DNA of 63,758 nucleotides, counting the filler, from Streblomastix strix (taxonomy: Eukaryota), in assembly GCA_008636045.1 (NCBI GenBank). It is 4 parts of 4 records of this genome, joined end to end, with 100 filler letters (N's around TTAATTAATTAA, not from the genome) between each part and the next. Parts side by side here need not be neighbours in the genome. Positions count along the whole stretch, not along the records: positions 31,943 to 47,805 come from SNRW01000918.1; positions 47,906 to 63,758 come from SNRW01000919.1; 2 more parts are not named here. The stretch is one strand, 5' to 3'. The notes beneath the pieces are model-generated. The model was given only the letters and a program-made list of their open reading frames with translations. It did not search any database and was not told the origin of the DNA. The position numbers and the translations under genes are program-made. Below are positions 39,989-63,758 of this stretch, in pieces; the stretch's first letter is position 1, and the number at the start of each line of letters is the position of its first letter.

Positions 39989-40367
39989 ATGAAACAAAAT
40001 TATAATTAATATTTAATTTTCAATCTTTATTTTAAATAAAATTACAGATAATCAAGCCATCAAGAAATCAACATAAACAGATACAGCACAAATTGAGTCA
40101 TTAAATTCAACAAAATAAGGAAGACCAAAGAAATATATCGATAAAGAATAGGCAACGATTGCAATTAGACAACAACACAAAAATACAAGAGTTAGAATTA
40201 AGTAAAATTTTACAAATTATGTTTCAAAAGTTGATGATATGCAATTATTAATAATTAAAAATCTTAAAAAGATAATCCTGAATACTAATAATTTGATAAC
40301 AATAAATGAACTCATTAAAAAATATGGAACCATCAATGAAGACATCAATGAAGACATTAACGTTTGA
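39989..40367 (+). pseudogene. AT-hook protein homologue of 18752-19189
   Basis: QGRPKKYIDKEQATIAIRQQ...DDMQLLIIKNLKKII-TGA. The 5' part is out of frame. Confidence 0.65.
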
Positions 40368-40399
40368 AACGTCTAATTAAATTTATTTTTCCTAATTAT

Positions 40400-40528
40400 T
40401 GGCCAGTTGTCCATTTGGTCACAGCTTTTTATAAAAGTTTTTGGCTCAATCCACCCAATCCACTCAATCCAACCAAAAACGTCATTCATTAACTATTCCA
40501 TATTCTCATGCCAATTCCATAAATTTCA
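40400..40528. repeat. Right copy of inverted repeat containing (YCAATCCAM)x3
   Basis: TGGCCAGTTGTCCATTTGGTCACAGCTTTTTATAAAAGTTTTTGGC TCAATCCAC CCAATCCAC TCAATCCAA...GTCATTCA...CTATTCCAT. Confidence 0.8.
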
Positions 40529-41097
40529 TCGATATTTAAAGACACAATCCAACCAATCCAATTTATTAGTAGTTATCAAACGTTCAAAATAAATTATATC
40601 CAATTATTAATGGTTTCACTAATGATTTCAGCTTAGCAACTTCAAAAAATTTTAGGTTTTCATTCATGTTATTTCATCATCTCAGTTTCATCGACCCAGT
40701 TTCCTTAATTGCCTTAAGTAGATATGAGAATATGGAGAGTGCCATACGTACAAAAAATACAACTCAATAAAGGACATCATTTATCTACTTCATTAATCCA
40801 GTATATTAATCGTTCTATATCTGTCAAACATTAATCAAATACATATGAATATTCTGCTCAACATAATTTAAATTGAAATTTTCTTTAATTATTTAATTTC
40901 TTTCACGTGAAGCACTCTCCATTTTCTCATAACTACTCTCGATGCTCGCGGCCTGAGGGCTCACCCAATTAGCAATTCCTATTTTCACTTTTTCATTTCT
41001 ATTTACCATAAATAAATTAATAATTTCTTATAAATTTCATCAGCATAATTCCCAAAAACGCTCTCTATTTTATCTTAAATAATTCATGCTATAAACG

Positions 41098-41447
41098 AAG
41101 TTCCTAATGTTGAATGTCTTTGTGTCTGTTTCAATCTATCAAGAATTGAAATGATCTCTGAATGGAGTGATAGGAAGATCAGATCATTTGGACTAGAGTC
41201 TGGAAGATTGTTATATGTAATTAATGAAGCACAAGAAGGTATCAAGTATCACGGCATTCCACAATTCACCTGCAATTGTCAGTGGAGGATCAGAAGGTCA
41301 AGTGCGTTTATGGAAGCTTGGTCATTATAGTCAATAGCTTGTAGCTACTATGAAGGAGCATAGGATGGCTGTGACAGCTGCGTGTAATGCAGGATGATCT
41401 TGAATGTGTGAGTAGTGGATCTGATGGTTAAATGCGAACATGGGTAT
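41098..41447 (+). pseudogene. Fragment of WD40 protein resembling flagellar CFAP52/WDR16
   Basis: VPNVECLCVCFN...ISEWSDRKIRSFGLESGRLLYVINEA / SGGSEGQVRLWKLGHYSQQLVATMKEH / CVSSGSDG. Frameshifted, with no flanking exons. Confidence 0.65.
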
Positions 41448-42249
41448 AATTAATTTTAATATAAATAATTAGAATTATTTACCATTTTATTAAATAAAAC
41501 TTCTTTATTTTTCATTTAATTTTATAATTACTGACTATTTATAATCGATATATATTATTATAATAGTCATTGAAGCATAACATTCGTCTTAAGCAATTGA
41601 TCAAGACAACAAACATCCAAGTTATTGACTATTTGCCAGCTAACTAACAATTCTCTGCATGCGGCTTAGATCGATTTGCTAAATATTTTGTTGCATTTAT
41701 AGGGAATCAACTTTGCAAAATTGAACTATCTGATAATGCTCTCTTTGATATTGCTGTTATTACAAGTATGATGAAGTTTGTACTTGTTGCAGCAGAACAA
41801 TATGCCAAATTTTTATATTCATAATTCTGAATTTATATATTTTAATTAATTTACTTTAGAAACGTGTTTTTAATTTAAATAAAATATATATTAAATAAAT
41901 AATTTCACATAATTTTTAAATATATTTTATTTAAATTTTTAAAAATATTGTTCTGTTGTTGCAAATCCATGTATTTATTAATTAAAAAAATTAAAATTGT
42001 AATAATAGCATGATTCTGAAACATTAGCCTTCTTAACTCAAAGGAAAGTCTTATAAATTAAAAATAATCGTTTTGTATTTATTAAATTTTCAATTTCTAC
42101 AAATATTTTACATTTATATTTTATTCTTAAATTAATTATAAAGAATATTAGTGAAACGGAATAGAGATAATGATTGTGTTACAAGAATAAGAATAAATAT
42201 GATGTGAATCAAGAATTCTTGTTGATTATATAGTAATTTCTTTCTTTTC

Positions 42250-46079
<3,830 letters not shown>

Positions 46080-46949
46080 ATGAAATGCAACAATACTGTC
46101 TGTAATGTATGATATTATAATAATAATAAAAATGATGAAAATAAAAGGTTAAGCGTAAAATAAAAAATAAAAAAATAAAAAATTGAAAATTTGTTTTAAG
46201 CACTGAGATCTGATGACATGTTTAAGATTATATAATAATTGGATAAATTTAAAATCAAAACAAAATTTAAATAAATAATGGTAGTTTTTAAATTAAAGTT
46301 AAAGGTCAGGTGAACTGCTTTTAAGGATTGGTGGAGAATTCCATCTAATGAAAAGTGTTTTTTCGATATCTTTCATTAAACACAACCATAACAACAATAT
46401 ACTCTAAATTAACAGATTTTTATGGCAAAAATAAAGCGATTCAGCACGTAAAATCAAGTTTATAAGAAAATAAAAATATTAAAATGTTGCGAGTAGCAGA
46501 ATCAATTATCAAGGAGTTTAAAAAATAACTCAAATTATAATATTTTCTTGATTCAGAAACTTCAGCCTTCTTAATTCAAAGAAAAACTCATAAATTGAAA
46601 ATAATCGTTTTGTATTGATTAAATTTTCAATTTTTACAAATATTTTACATATATGTTTTATTATTAAATCATTTATTTTAATGTATATAAAATTATTATA
46701 TTCAGACGAAAATTATTCACCTTTTTTATTTTATTTTGCAGATAAACATGCGTACAAGTTGTGTGAAAATAAATATACAGAATTAAGAATTAGATATTGG
46801 CATGACAACTCCTTAACCTTAAGATGAATCTTGTTTTATGGACGTATGCTTGCTTGCAATTTATTTATTAATTATTTTTTCATTAATCTTAGATACAACT
46901 CTAAGAATTAAGATATAAAGTTCAATTATTACACTCAGATAATGAAATA

Positions 46950-47805
46950 ATGCAAGCGCAATATATTCGAAGAATAATTGAGATTATCTGCGATTTTGTT
47001 CGCTCTGGATTCTATGAATAAATTAAAGATTTTATTAACGAGGAAGGTTTGAAGGAAATGCTTCAGGTACATGTAATCCCCAAGAACAGAGAATTGAAGG
47101 TTCACTTATTTTTGTAATTTATTATAATATTTTATTAATATTTTTGCATTTAGATAATCCATTCTGTTCTAATGAATATTATTGATGAAATTTTTCAAAT
47201 TCAAACTTTCATAATTGAAGAGAACTAATCAAAGAATATATAATTGACAAATGAATATGAAGACCTTACTAAGTAAAACAACAATATACCAAATAAATAG
47301 AAAATTCATCACAGCATCAAACCTTAAATAAAAGCAAGAAACATTTGTATCACAAATTCTGATTCATTAAAAAGCGACATATCAACAGATTCAGATCATA
47401 AAATAGAGTTAATTTAACCATAAATAAATAATCGCATAATAACTCAATCAAAAGACTATAAAATATCTAAAGCAAAAAATCATAATAGAAAATAGCCTCA
47501 TGTTCATAAACTAAAGACAAAAAATTAAACTATCAATAGTTCTAATATCAGAAGTTCAAAAAGCAATATTAGTTTCAATGATTCATATAATATCAACAAT
47601 TCCAATATTAGTAATTCTTTATAAGATAATTCCAGTAATAATTCAAATAAATCAAATTCCTCCAGTAATATCAGCATAGAAACAAATCCAATAATTTCTC
47701 CACATTTTCTGATAATGAATCATAAACCCAACATTAATAAGAAGATACAATAAATAACATCACCTCTGAAACAATCCTATATTCCAGATTCTCCTTCAAC
47801 TGTAT
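46950..47805 (+). CDS. Hypothetical protein with N/Q/S-rich low-complexity region, 3' truncated
   Basis: MQAQYIRRIIEIICDFVRSGFYEQIKDF..., intron ~47100-47153, then open to the contig end. Confidence 0.5.
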
Positions 47806-47905
47806 NNNNNNNNNNNNNNNNNNNNNNNNNNNNNNNNNNNNNNNNNNNNTTAATTAATTAANNNNNNNNNNNNNNNNNNNNNNNNNNNNNNNNNNNNNNN
47901 NNNNN
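47806..47905. other. Artificial contig-joining spacer
   Basis: 44 N + TTAATTAATTAA + 44 N. Confidence 0.98.
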
Positions 47906-54897
<6,992 letters not shown>

Positions 54898-55687
54898 GGT
54901 TGGTTTGTGTACTGGTAATAAATGGACAAAAAAATAGTAATTGTTGTTAACGTTCAATATCGGGTCAAATATATAAAAATAAAGGCTTATATTGTATTAA
55001 CTTTGAGTATGTTCATGTAAGCTTGACAAAAACATATCATATCCTACAGAATCAAACAATTCTGTAGATATTTTTGTGTTTTTAATTTTTATCATAAAAA
55101 CGCCAAATCTTTTGGTATGAGCATGTATTGTTAGTTAAACTATACAATTCAACAAAATCATTTGATCAAGGAGTAAAAATTTGGATTTGGTAATTGAGTT
55201 TAAGTATGGTATGGTTTAAATCTGTAATTTTAATTGTTTCGTCAAAAGTCAGCGAAGGGAAGATAATATGGTAAATCATTTAGATAATTTGAAAAATACT
55301 CAAGTCTTTTAATGGAAAAATGATTTATTAAGGCAAATATAGCTGGGTTATCAAGGAAAATCAACTTTCTTTTTCACACTGAAAATAACCGCACTATGGG
55401 TCAGATCGCCATAATTCATTAACAATGCCGAAATACTCGAAATATCAATAAATTGTGTTGTACAATGATAAATTTTTAATTCTCAAATGATTACATTTAT
55501 TTACATTTGAATAAGGAATAAACGAATGATTAAAAATATGTACAGATAAAAAAACAAACTAATAAGATATTTCTTACATATAAACCTTTGAAATGAATAT
55601 GTATTACAAAATTTTCTTTTCTTCACATTATAATTAAGTATAGATCTTAATATTACACCGTAAGCATTAAAGTTACTCCATAAGTTA

Positions 55688-58600
55688 TCATTACTATTCA
55701 ATTTCTTCTGAACCGCATTCCCCATCAGCCAAAATACGCAAAACTTTCCACGCAGCTGTTGCCGCCTACAACTGATTATCAATTCCATCAGCCAGAAACA
55801 TGTTCACTTCAACCTCCTCCACAGACCCATATAGCTCACATGCATCTATTAAATACGGATGCATCTTTTCTTTACCTTCTCTCATAAGTAATGAATGAAG
55901 TGTCATTAATGCACAGACTCGGGTATTAACTGATGAATTGTAGTGTGTGCTTATGAATATGAGTACGAACAAATATAAAGGGAAGTAGGAATATAAATAA
56001 TGAATAACAAAATTAGTTTATTTATTCTAGTGATATATTCAATATTGTTTTTTATATTAATTATTTAAAAATTAAATACCTGATTGTCTATATAAATAAA
56101 GGAAGAAAACCTCTTTCTAATATCAAGGCAACATTCACTAAAATATACAAAAATAAGATTAATTACTGGTGATTATAAATAAGTAAGCTAAATCCTTACT
56201 CATATACTAATATTAATTTATCTTCTTAATATTCCATCTAATATAATATACCTGGACAAGCTATAAGAGAATCCATTGCAGACAAAGCACACGATACAGT
56301 GTCATCCCAAATACTCTTAACAGCCTTCTTCAACTGATCCAACAACTGATTCCTGTATTTATTGGGTATTGGAGAAGCTTAATATAAGAAACCTAACATA
56401 ACAGCTCCCCAATGAGCTGCTCTTTCTGCTTTCATTCTGACAATACCATCTTCATATATTGTCTTAATTGTTCCATCTCTCTCAAATTGAGATCTAAATG
56501 GATTTGGTTATGCAATTGCTGACCTCATCTACCAGGTTAATAGAAGATCAATTATTGATGTTGATACAATGATGGTTGTTACTTCATCTGGGTGCTTAAG
56601 TAATCTTACAAGTATTTGGACTGCTCCTTTTTAGATTAAGTCACTGCGTATTTGTGGACTTGTGTCATGTATTATTGTGCCAATCTGAATATGAATATGT
56701 ATAAATAATTGAATATATTATAAATATAATTAATAATTTCTTAATATTCAATTTCCTCATACTGCACTTGCATGTTCAGAAGTAATGTGTTGAAGTGGAA
56801 GTTGCTTAATGAAGTTGAATAAGTTCATAGTTAATCCTTATTTCATAGCTAACCCAGATATCTTCTATGAATCACCACACACTTGATTGACCAACACGCA
56901 AACTGCATCTTCTACAACTGAAGGAGTTCTACGTGGATGTGGCTCTTGTTTAGTTGATGAAGTGACTAATTATGCTTTCTCTTATTCAGATTAAAGAAGG
57001 TTAGCAAGATCTTTGAGCAGTTCAACCTTAGCTAATTGATCCCTAGCTTATCCAGAGAAGGTTTCAGTCTATAATGCTTCTGATTCCTGCATCAATCTTG
57101 CCATCCTTCTTGAAGCAGCTGTCCCACAAAGACCCAATTCAAGAAGTAGTGCAGCTCTTGATTATCTGAGATCTCCACTCAATCTAAGCTACTTGACTAA
57201 TCCTAATGGGGTCTCTAATCGAACTTGTCTTCTTGTTACTTCTGATCCTTGCTCCATCAGTGCTGCTAGGATGGCCATTGAACAGGATTTGTTGAAGTTG
57301 TCGTCGGATTTGATGAATGCGGTGAGTGTTTTGAGGAATGAACGTGAAATGATGCAGGAATGGTTCTCTATGAATTGAATTAATAGATTATATAGAGAAT
57401 ATATTAATTGAATTATAAAAGATTATTAATAAACTCAATATTTATTTAGGTGTTATAATTTATCAATACAAACCTTATCTCAAAGCCATACAATGTAATA
57501 TAACCAATGCAGCCTGTGTCTATTAATAAGCTTTCAATTTAGCCACTCCTTTTACAAGCATAATAACCGTCTTCTTATATTCCTGAGGTATTGAAGTATT
57601 CTTATATAACCATCCTAACATCATTCCTGTCATCATTGATACCATCTCACTCTTCTAATTAATATACCCAATCCTGTTAATATATATATTGGAGATTGTA
57701 TCATCAAATAATAAATAAATTTATATTTAAATAAATTATAGAAAAATATAAATTATTTAATATAAACTTGAATATATTGGATATTGTTCCATCTTCCTCT
57801 AAATGTCTTAGATATGGGTGCGGAAGAAAAAATTCAGGTCCGTGATTGTGTATGAAGACTAAATTGAATAATAATCCCATAAGATGATCCTATACATTAG
57901 GATCTTTATGTTCCATTAGTTTATACATAGTTTGTATCATATTCATGTCTAATAGTTATTGTGATTATTGATCAGTGCAATTCTGTGTGAGATGAACAAG
58001 AGCATTAAGATGAAGTGGCATAACCCTCCTTACACTGAATGTCTTATGCACTAATAACAATGCATGTGTAATATTTGATAACATTATCTATTCTACAGAT
58101 TGTGGACTAGCTCTTACAATCTATGATACTAGGACACATGCACAATCGACCCTCTCAAATGCATCCTATATTTATATAATGTTGTCTAATTTAGTGGATG
58201 TTTATAACTATTTATCCATATCTGATATTATACTAAGAGAATCATTCATTAGTTGAGCTACATCATCAAGAATTGTTATTAACTCTTGTGTATTCTGAAT
58301 AATAACTGATAAATCATTCGTCTAATCATGAATTATTTCTTTAGTTGATGTTTTATCCTTATTTGTATTATTCATATTATTAGTAGCTGAGTTTGTATTA
58401 TTAATAGTACTATTATGATGTACACTCTCCTTATGTTTATCTTTTAATTCAATCGCTATTTACATTCCATGTGTCCAAAGTTCAGCCAAATGATGAGCTT
58501 ATTCAGTTTATTGTAAGTGTATCATCATATGAGCACTATTGATCCAGATACTTGGCTCATCTGAAAGCATCAACTTCCTCAGGTTCGGTTTAGTTATCGA

Positions 58601-59955
58601 TTTCATTACTTCTTATTTGACTATTTGGTCTCCATATTCAAATAGATTAAGATTGAGCATAATTAGACTGTCTTAAATAATCTCATATTCTGGAGTGAAA
58701 AGAGTCTTCAATTGAGTTAAGAAATCGTTTGATATGATGTCGATTTAATTGTCTGTTATAAATAATATGAACAAATAAAAGAATAAATAAATTAATATAA
58801 ATTAACTAATATAATATATATAATATTCCACTTTATATATATACATAATATAATAATAATCACACCCTAACTCTTAGCTAATACACATAATATATCCATT
58901 GCAGTTAATGATCTGGAATCATTATCCGTTAATGCAGTTTCTTTCAATTATTAAATAAGTCTCTATTTAAACCGCTCAGGTATCTTAATCTTAGAGAATA
59001 AACATCCCAATGATTGTGCAATAACATTTCTACAGAATGAAGATTATCCGTTTATTATTCCTTCCTCATACATAATATCTATTGTATTGTCATTCAATAA
59101 TTATAGAGTATAAGGATTCTATTTATGATTTACAGACAGTATTTTGAATACATTAACCATATTGAATATGAAGTTAGCCGATACATTAACAATCTCAATA
59201 TCCTAGTTTGCTTTTAGTAGTCTTGCAAGTGTCTGTAATATTCCTAAATTAAATAAGAACTTACTTTATTTCTAATCCAGCATCTCAACAAAGTCTGTAA
59301 GTGCAGCTACATGTACTAATTGAACCTAATGAAGTGGCATCTTACTCAGCAGAGATTGTAATTCAGCAAAGAATTCAGTTTTGAATGGATCTTAATATCC
59401 ATATTCATTATTATATTACAAACTTGACACTAATGAACATGCAACATCAACAACTATTGATGATCTCATTTCTGATTCTGATAGTTACGATGGATCATCA
59501 AAAAGTTTCTTATTTTCCTGCTTTAATATAGAAGCTATATTTACAAATACATTATCATGGGTTTGTATATCAGATGTAGCTTAAGTTGGAGGGTCAATTT
59601 TCTCAAGACCTAAAACTATTATAACTTTTTTACCGCATTCTTTTACATTTAAGTGATATATAGGTATTCTATTATCTCCCTTGCTACAATATAATAAATA
59701 TTAATAATGCAGTTAGAAATGAAATCTATAATAATAAAAATGTAGTTCATACAATTTTAATATTCAACCACATTACTAAATTTTCTTTCTGACAACTTCT
59801 GATCCTGCTACTAAGGCCGTAAGTTTCTTATGCTAACCGTTTTTCACCCAATAAGCACTGGATGGCACTTCTACTTCTGGAAAATTGGTTTGTCCAACAA
59901 CTTCATATCCTGCTTGAATCAGTGCTTGCGTATATTGCATCGTCTTTGTCGCCAT
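55688..59955 (-). CDS. Large hypothetical ARM/HEAT-like repeat protein (multi-exon)
   Basis: ATG at 59955 (MATKTMQYTQAL...). Long exons are open with TAA/TAG=Gln, e.g. LIQKGAVQILVRLLKHPDE and GAVMLGFLYQASPIP. TGA at 55688-55690. Confidence 0.65.
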
Positions 59956-60580
59956 TGTTTTGGTACTAGCAATGTTCCTGAAAAGTAAAAAAATATGTAA
60001 ATAATTAAGATATAATAATAAAAAAATTTGTTATATATTAATAAATGCAATGGGTATCGCGTGTCAAACAATTTTTAGAATTGTTGATAGTTTCCTTTTC
60101 ATTTGTGTTCAAAAATTGGATTTTTATTATAAATAAAGCTTACAAAAATCAAGATAAATTTAATAAAATTTTAATAAGATATTTTAAATTTTGATTTTGT
60201 ATGTAATTGTTAATATAATTTCAATCAGCATTTCCGCCATATCTAAAATATAAAACTGGTTAGTAATATTGAATGCGGATTTACACAGTTTATTTGCTAA
60301 CAAAAATATTATTTGTTAAAATAATTATTACAATGCGGATCTAGAAATCAGCAAATCAAAAAAAATCTGAAAATAATCTCAATGAAAAATAGTTCTGTTC
60401 ATATTAAAATTGTTGATCATTTTTAAGAATTACAATTTTTTATACAAAATTTTATAATTGAATGGTTCAATTTTAACCATCCAGATTTGTTTTTGTGATA
60501 AGATTAATTTTAAATAAAGGAAAAACCTGCTCTTCTCTTGGCCACAAACATTTATAATTTTAATTTCCAACTTATTTCTA

Positions 60581-62135
60581 ATGGCATAAACGTCTATTGC
60601 CAATTGTGGCTTTTCTGCATCTTAGAGCAATTTGCTCATCACCCACGGATTCGAAAAGGCCAAGGATTTAGAAGATATCGGCCCATCCGACTTGGCTAAA
60701 GGTAAAATTCTTAATATTAACTTAAATTATATTATAGTTGCTTTTTACTTCTATTTTATAAAAATTAACTCAGAAATAGGGTGCACGGCCGAGGAGGCGC
60801 TAGAAATCTTAAATTCCTATAAATTCTTCTTAGGTCACCCACCAGAACAGTAATAGTAAGGTTAGAGTAAGGGAAATAGCGTTGTCCTTCTTCCTCAGCG
60901 TGTAGTGCCTAAGTCAGCATGGGAAATTTTTTAGAACAGTGCTAATGCCCCAGTGATTTCAACTCTTTGTAAAGATATTGATGTGCTGCTTGGCCGCGGA
61001 ATAGAATCAGGATGTATTACAGAATTTTGTGTGCACCATATTTCTTTTTGTTTATAATTTAATTATTATAATAAAGGTGGAAGTCCAGGAACTGGGAAAA
61101 CTCAGATGGGAATGCAATTATGTCTTAGTGTTTAATAAAGCGAGAAAATTATAACTAAAGGAGGAGCTGTTGAAGCTGTTTACATTGATACTGAAGGAAG
61201 TTTTATGCCAGATCGTGTGATGTCCATGGCTTCTGTTTTTGGAGATGACGATAATAAGTTTGATCATCTAAATATTATTGTATATAAATAAAAATTATTT
61301 TTATTTAATTTTCAAAGAGCTGAAGATTTATTGAGCCACATACATATATTTAGGCCATTTACATACCCTTAATTATTGTCCACAATTAAAATGCTTCCAA
61401 ATTTTATCTCACAACATCCAAATGTTAAATTGATTATTGTTGATTCAATTTCTGCACCTTTGAGGTAATTATTTTATTTTAATTAATTAATTAGTTATTA
61501 TTATTATTTCATACTAATAAATATAATTATTAATATCAAACATAACTGAATAGACATGGATTTAACAAAGAGATGTAAAGAAGATCTGCTTCAGTTCATG
61601 AATTGGGAGCTACGTTACTTCAAATAGCCAAAAGTGGGAATGGAATTGCAGTTTGATATAAATAAATATAGATAATAGAATATTTAGTTGAATATTATTA
61701 TACTATATTAATATATAGGTTGTATGCACTAATCAAGTCACAACAAAGCCATTCTAACATCAACCATAGTAATAAGAGACAACTCAATCCCCATCTTAAT
61801 CAGATAATACACCTTCAGAAGGCATCCTTGTTCCAGCATTGGGAGATTCATGGTCATAATTTGTAGCATACAGAATAGCATTCAGGATGTTTGTAGACTT
61901 CATTACAAGACAGCCTGTGAGAATAGCTACTCTTATGAAGGGACCTAATGCTTTCCCTTCTCAATAAACAGCTGCATATACACAGTCTTAATAGTATTCA
62001 TAGTCAACTGGATCATTTACATCTGTTCCTTTTGTTATTAGTGACAGGGGTGTTATTGATGGTTAATAATCTGAATAGAATAGTTTTCAATCTAATGATT
62101 AATAAGAAAATGTTGATTCGTTGCAAATTACTTGA
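60581..62135 (+). CDS. RAD51C: RAD51 paralogue, RAD51C-like (multi-exon)
   Basis: N-terminal HhH-like PSDLAKEIGCTAEEALEIL; IDVLLGRGIESGCITEF; Walker A GSPGTGKTQMGMQL; AVYIDTEGSF; LIIVDSI; TNQVTTK; LVPALGDSWS. Confidence 0.85.
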
Positions 62136-62199
62136 TTTAATTTTCATTCATTATTTTTATTCTATGTAATATTTAAATAAATTGAATTGGCTTTTTTAT

Positions 62200-63758
62200 T
62201 GAAATTTAAATATATAATTAAATGAATTGCTTATGAAAATTCTACTGATATGGTAAAAATACAGTTAAATTGAATGAGTTACTTTCCATTATAGTATTCA
62301 TATAGCAAAAACCCATTTATATGCCATAGTAAGAAATCTTTTTGTTCTTTCAGCATCTTCTTAAATACTAATTTTGCTTCCCTGATATTTGATTGAGAAC
62401 AAATGAGCTTCAATCTCCTCAGATTATCCTTAATATTCATTCTACTCCTGAAACTATTTATGGAGATTAAAGCTCAGTTGTGTATCATCAATATCATTAA
62501 TACGAGTAAAGAACACAACAATACCGACTATTCCTTCTCTAATTAACAAGTTGGATTGTATCTAACTTCCACCAGATAAAGAGATCCAATTAGTTAGCCC
62601 TGAGATGTAACTTGAATTGAGCAGATATTGAATCCAATCAGATCCACAGTACATCAGAATACCATCAAGACACCAGAATGATCTTTCACTGATTAGCAAA
62701 CTTGTATTGTTATGAATATTCTTATTATTAGAACCAATTGAATTGAATAATAAAAGGAGGGTATTAATCAATTCAGGAGTAATGGTAATAAGTTTGGCAT
62801 ATTAACGATAAGCAAGGTAATCATGGAATATCTGTAGTGAATGTTAAATAATGGTGATATTATTCTATAAATCCTTTGTATTATAGATTATTGTTGAGAG
62901 TAAATGTTGGATAATGTCATTTTCTTCAATAAATAACCTCTATATTTCATTATTTCTCTCCAATAATCCTCTGAGAAATTGAAAAAATGAGGATTGAAGT
63001 TACTGAAGAATTGGCGACTATTGACAAACAATTCTTTTCTCACAATTTAGATCTAATGGACAATTAATATGAATAAGAGGTGCTATGATGTTGTGAACCT
63101 TTGCTTAATGGATAAAATATTGGATATTTGTTTAGGAAGCTTGAGATAATGCTTGAAATGTTTTAATTCCTTCTTTTGTATCTCCATTAATATCATTTCT
63201 TATTTAAATTAATTTCATTTCATCTTTCTACTATTATTCATTTGATGATCTAAGTTTATTCAATAATGACGAAATGCTGTCTGAAAGAATTTTAGTACAC
63301 AGAATCAGAAGTTCTTCTTTTATTTATAATCCTTTCATAATGCATATATAAATTCGTGCAAATGATACAAAGATGATTCTTTCTATTATTGGTTGACTTT
63401 TGAACTAATCAGGTAAATTCTCCTCAAGAAGAAGAGTTTCTACTGTTTGAACAAGGCCAGAATTCCTCATGTCCCAATAGAATATGCTATATTCTGAATT
63501 TTCAACTCCTTTAAAACTAATTATTTCAGTTAAATTGAGTAATGCTCTTTGAGAATCTTTATAGCAACGATCAAGGTTTTTATTAGTAGTGGTAAAAAAT
63601 GACCTATTCAGGTTTTATTGAATGTCTTATGTTTTGGGTTGAATTATAATATCTCTAATTTTTATGATTTATAATACTTTTTATTCCTCGTTGATTTCGG
63701 AAGCTGCAAAAATTTGTTCCAATTAATCATTGAAAGAAATTTTCTTTTTTTCTTATTA
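62200..63758 (-). CDS. Hypothetical helical protein, 5' truncated, 3' end uncertain
   Basis: Long frame open only with TAA/TAG=Gln (...WDMRNSGLVQTVETLLLEENLPD...SFWCLDGILMYCGSDWIQYLL...). Confidence 0.5.

Larger units (their letters stand above)
31943..40530. mobile_element. Second, more decayed endogenous Polinton-like virus segment
   Basis: Capsid-like gene, amphipathic peptide, pPolB, integrase and AT-hook gene remnants, in the same pPolB-integrase-AT-hook order as contig 2. Confidence 0.85.

Noticed and set aside
40880..41010. Short minus-strand ORF-like stretch MVNRNEKVKIGIANWVSPQAAS
   Set aside because: No recognisable motif or extension; cannot be supported as a gene.

Overview
This is not one contiguous locus. 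Four unrelated contigs of near-equal, descending length (1-15873, 15974-31842, 31943-47805, 47906-63758) are joined by artificial 100-nt N44-TTAATTAATTAA-N44 spacers. The DNA is very AT-rich and eukaryotic, with many short GT-AG introns. It uses a non-standard code in which TAA/TAG = Gln and TGA is the only stop, so the supplied ORF track is largely uninformative. This pattern is consistent with an oxymonad such as Streblomastix (inference). Host genes read in this code are APC1, an NEK-like kinase with three ~839-bp exon-intron repeats, an ABCC/MRP transporter, RAD51C and several ARM-like hypothetical proteins. Contig 2 is entirely an endogenous Polinton/Maverick-like dsDNA virus: AEP primase-SF3 helicase, AT-hook protein, rve integrase, protein-primed PolB, packaging ATPase, KilA-N protein, putative minor and major capsid proteins, and an amphipathic peptide. 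Contig 3 holds a more decayed relative, and contig 1 ends in a third. Contig 1 also has a pogo/Tc5-like transposon with TIRs and a TA target duplication, a MITE-like inverted repeat and a tyrosine recombinase relic. The most notable unexplained signals are (i) a recurring cis-element of three 9-bp iterons whose core differs between copies but is homogenised within each copy, (ii) integrases whose third catalytic residue is Asp rather than Glu, and (iii) small adenovirus-protein-VI-like amphipathic peptides next to the capsid genes. All translations were done by eye, and gene boundaries in intron-rich genes are approximate.
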